64,000 nt of DNA from Epithemia pelagica (taxonomy: Eukaryota; Protista; Bacillariophyta), in assembly GCA_946965045.2 (NCBI GenBank), contig OX337242.1, positions 2,816,467 through 2,880,466 of the forward strand, written 5' to 3'. The position numbers and the translations under genes are program-made. Of the stretch, positions 60,840-64,000 are shown in pieces (position 1 is the first letter of the stretch; every line of letters starts with the position of its first letter). The notes below the pieces were generated by a model, which worked only from the letters and a program-made list of their open reading frames with translations, made no database searches and was not told the DNA's origin.

Positions 60840-61337
60840 TCATCTAGCATGGCTGAATCAACAAATCGCATGGGAGCAGCGGGATACAGAAGCGAAAAGA
60901 GTCCATGATCATGACAGTGATGACAACGATGACGAAACCAATAGTATCACAGAGATTCAGATACAGCCTTCCGATGTATTGCTTGGAAGAACGAAGGACT
61001 GTCGAGATCATCCAGGCAACAAACGGGTCCAAATTTGGGTACAATTGTATTTTGAAGACACTATGAAACATGCACAAAGTATGGCAAGGTGGAATTGTCG
61101 GAACGAATTTTTCAAATGGTTGGAGCCTCGGGAGGTCGGTTTCTCAAATTGGACCGAGCGCAGTGGACCGAACTGGACGAAACGACGGCGGTGCACAAAA
61201 TTGCTCATTTCTTTCGTCGACAACGGGAATTAACACGAGAACAAGAAGAAACGAAGAGGATGTACGACGCACAAAGTCCTCTCAAGACACCTTACCCGAA
61301 TGGAGTATCACCACGAAAGCGTTCCTCGGATGGCTAG
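60840..61337 (+). pseudogene. DUF6824-type diatom gene, 5'-truncated at the module core and frameshifted near 61065
   Basis: The frame is open from the junction (GHLAWLNQQ...QPSDVLLGRTKDCRDHPGNKR), followed by GGRFLKLDRAQWTELDETTAVHKIAHFFR in another frame. Confidence 0.7.
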
Positions 61338-61792
61338 ATACCAATTGAGTCGCTATATGTCTTGTGGTTGTCCCTCTGATGGGTTGACTACTTTGATCCA
61401 TCAACGCATATTTGGATCATGGTCAATTACGACAAATTGCAAGACGAGTCCAGTACTGTCCTCTGCCCTCTGCCAATTGTCGGCTCTATGATGCTCCCTA
61501 TATAGCCTGTGCGCGATCAGGCTGGTGCAACTTCCACGTGCTGAAGGGCGAATGTGTGAACACAATGACAACGCTGGTCGAGTTGGTTTCCAATCCAAAT
61601 CGAGGACATGAGTTTCCTTTTCGTGCAGGAGGAACAATACTAGTAGTAAAGATTCCGTTTGAAACCTACACGCACCACACATATTGTAGGGTGTCACTCA
61701 ACTAGTTGTAGGAAAGGTTTAGCGATTGGGCAAAGCAACAACCTACCTAAGATTATTTGGATCTCTACGCTTGCGCAGTTCTTGCGGACTGC

Positions 61793-63271
61793 TTACACCA
61801 ACACCGAAAGGGCCATGAGACACGACATGCACGTGGTGGCCGCCATCCACCAACCTGTCGCCGCCAAAAAGGCGTTCGAGGAGACCTCCGGGGAAGGAGA
61901 CGGAGTGGGGGGAGCCGTGGAGGGGGGAGACGGAGTGGGGGGAGCCGTGGGGGGAGACGGAGTGGGGGGAGCCGTATAGTGCACACCCAATGGGAGGGGC
62001 TCACAGAAACTTCCCAACTTGAGGTAGTCCATGGAACGAAATTCATCGGTACACTCTCCAAACGTGCGAATGGGCGTATCAATGTGGCGCAAAAAGGTCG
62101 GCACGTGGGGCTCCACGAGGATACTGGAGGTACCCGAAATGTGGCAAAAATCTTCGAGGAGGGCATCCGGTTCCACCTTGCGTTCGTTGAACCAGGCATC
62201 TTGTCCCAACCCCATGATATCGTAGAGCTCATTGTTCTTGACGGCTTTCAACTCTTGGAGTTCCGGATATTTATTGAGGGTGGTTTCGAGGTCTCCACCG
62301 TTGTAGACCAAAGCGTCCGCATCTTTGGCCAATTCGACAAACTCGGTCACGTTAATGCGCGAGCCATCCGTAGAAATCAAATTGACCCCACAGGCTTGAG
62401 CGAGTTCACAGTAGTAGTTGGGGCAGGTGGCCGGTGAGAAGGCGTTGCTCCTGTAGGAAACCCAGGCCACGGTCTTGGGAGCGGGAAGATCGGCCACAAC
62501 GAGTCCGGCATTGTCCGTGGCACACTCGTAGCGACGGCGTGTAGCATCAAAGATGTCGGTAGCTTCTTTTTCCTTGTTGAAAAAGACGGAAAAGTACTTG
62601 AGCCATTCAAAGACAGCCAAATTGGTCACCTCGTACCATTCGGACACTTCAATAGGGTTCTCAAAGACGGTGCTCGACCCAACGCCCACAAAAAAGGGCG
62701 TAGCCGTGTCCACTCCCGAGGCACTGACCACTGTGGCGTTTGAAATACTGGAAATAAGGGGGACAGCACCATTGTCCACCAATTCGTTGAAGCAGGGAGA
62801 AAAGAAGTAATCGGGCTGGCCGGCCTGAATGGTGATCTCGTTCCGCAATCCCAAAAGTTCCAAAAAGGGCACGTAGGTGGAATAGTGATTCCCAAAGCCC
62901 AGTTGCAGCGAGTCTTCTTGGAGGGGAATTTGGAACACATTGTCAAAATCGGCAACGTTCAAGTCGGCCGGTACCGGTGTGCCGCACTGCACCAAGAGGT
63001 AACGACGCGGGGGTACTTCCGGTGCCCAGGACGTGGCCGCCGTCAGTACGGTGGTGACAATCTTGTAGTTGAGACCGTATTCGACATCAAAGCGTTCCGC
63101 GAGTTCCACCGATACCTTGTCCGGGAAGTAATCCGTGGTGCTATCGAACGAGGTCACACAGGTTTGAGGATTCGCTCCCTCGACCACCAACTGCGATGCC
63201 ATCCACATGAGGATGGCACCAACAAACGAGAGGCTCGGGAAGGAGCCAGAGGACAAAGGCAACTTGATCAT
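61793..63271 (-). CDS. CBA1: Cobalamin acquisition protein 1-like (periplasmic-binding-protein fold; signal peptide, Pro/Thr-rich linker, hydrophobic C-terminus)
   Basis: CVTSFDSTTDYFPDKV, YKIV, YLLVQCGTP, FLELLG, SPC, EWLKYFSVFFNKE..A..IF....RYEC and PDALLEDF match the algal CBA1/ABC substrate-binding pattern as I recall it. Confidence 0.7.
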   Translation of the reverse strand: MIKLPLSSGSFPSLSFVGAILMWMASQLVVEGANPQTCVTSFDSTTDYFPDKVSVELAERFDVEYGLNYKIVTTVLTAATSWAPEVPPRRYLLVQCGTPVPADLNVADFDNVFQIPLQEDSLQLGFGNHYSTYVPFLELLGLRNEITIQAGQPDYFFSPCFNELVDNGAVPLISSISNATVVSASGVDTATPFFVGVGSSTVFENPIEVSEWYEVTNLAVFEWLKYFSVFFNKEKEATDIFDATRRRYECATDNAGLVVADLPAPKTVAWVSYRSNAFSPATCPNYYCELAQACGVNLISTDGSRINVTEFVELAKDADALVYNGGDLETTLNKYPELQELKAVKNNELYDIMGLGQDAWFNERKVEPDALLEDFCHISGTSSILVEPHVPTFLRHIDTPIRTFGECTDEFRSMDYLKLGSFCEPLPLGVHYTAPPTPSPPTAPPTPSPPSTAPPTPSPSPEVSSNAFLAATGWWMAATTCMSCLMALSVLV

Positions 63272-63480
63272 GGTGGAGATATGGATCTTCTTTCCCTTTT
63301 GCAAGAATTTTGAGGTTGCTTCTCCGCCACAAATCTTCCTGACTCCTACTACCTAGGGGTTATAATAGGTGAACTCGTATAGGTATAGGCCTTGGCCTTG
63401 GCCTGCGAGAGAAAGCAGCCTCCCAACACAGCCAACAGGCGCTTTTTTGCCTCTGTCCTATCTTGGGTCTAGGGAGTTGA

Positions 63481-63551
63481 ACGAAGCACGTGATTTGGGA
63501 GTACTTTGGACGAAGCACGTGATTTAGCACGTTGGACGAAGCACGTGATTT
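63481..63551. promoter_or_regulatory. Triplicated ACGAAGCACGTGATTT motif 210-280 bp upstream of the CBA1-like ATG
   Basis: Exact copies at 63481, 63510 and 63536, each with a CACGTG core. Confidence 0.6.
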
Positions 63552-64000
63552 GGGAGCACTGACTGTGGACTGTGTGTGGACCACTCATATTTCTCGGAGC
63601 GACGAATGGCGGCAGCTCTCCTACGTATCCCTTAATGGGGTATAAGCCGTGGCCTTATGGCCTTGGCCTTCTGGGTCTGCTAGCCTCCGCCAACAGGGAT
63701 ACCCATTATTTCTTGTCGATAGGTGATATTTTTACTGTAAGGTTGACAAATTCTACAATTAATCTACAAAGGTCCATATTGCCCTTCTGGTGCGACATTG
63801 GTTTTCTTTTCCTTTATTATAGCCTAGTTAATTGTCTACAGTTGTCCACTTATGTAGAGTGAAGTCGGATTATTATGAGATAATCTTATGGGCATTAAGC
63901 AAAGGTGCGGCTTTTTTCGTATTTTTGGCAAAATGCGAATTCCCCAACAGGGTATTCGCAACAAACGGCAGAAGACCGCCAAAAGAACGACAGCTCGTGG

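Noticed and set aside
61793-63304. Bacterial ABC-transporter contamination
   Set aside because: It is a single gene with no operon partners, has a eukaryotic-style Pro/Thr linker and hydrophobic tail, and is flanked by diatom-type sequence.

Overview
Eukaryotic DNA, most likely from a diatom (CBA1-like gene, DUF6824-type gene, diatom-style kelch and TPR families, TTAGGG telomeres). The window holds two chromosome ends joined tip-to-tip across a 200-N scaffold gap (55373-55572). Bases 1-43 kb are a decaying subtelomere. They contain a DIRS/Ngaro-like tyrosine-recombinase (YR) retrotransposon, a hAT transposon carrying an HhH-GPD DNA glycosylase, a Ginger-like transposon carrying a TET/JBP-like dioxygenase, duplicated kelch and beta-propeller genes, and three glycosyltransferase-type genes. 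The most striking structure is 43361-54874 and its mirror arm 56013-60839. Both chromosome tips are stacks of same-polarity modules. Each module starts at an oriented CCCTAAGG/CCTAAGG core (17 junctions found by eye), and each is cut off distally by the next module at a site sharing only CC to CCCT. Most of the longer modules encode a C2H2-finger protein that resembles fungal telomere-linked helicases, and the two longest ORFs reach a YR-like 'HGTGxGSM(R)YxE' motif. On both arms the first module is spliced into the middle of a host gene whose distal part is lost. My inference is a telomere-replacing, site-specific recombination element family. I do not know of a description of this in diatoms. 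All family assignments come from motif recognition, not database searches.
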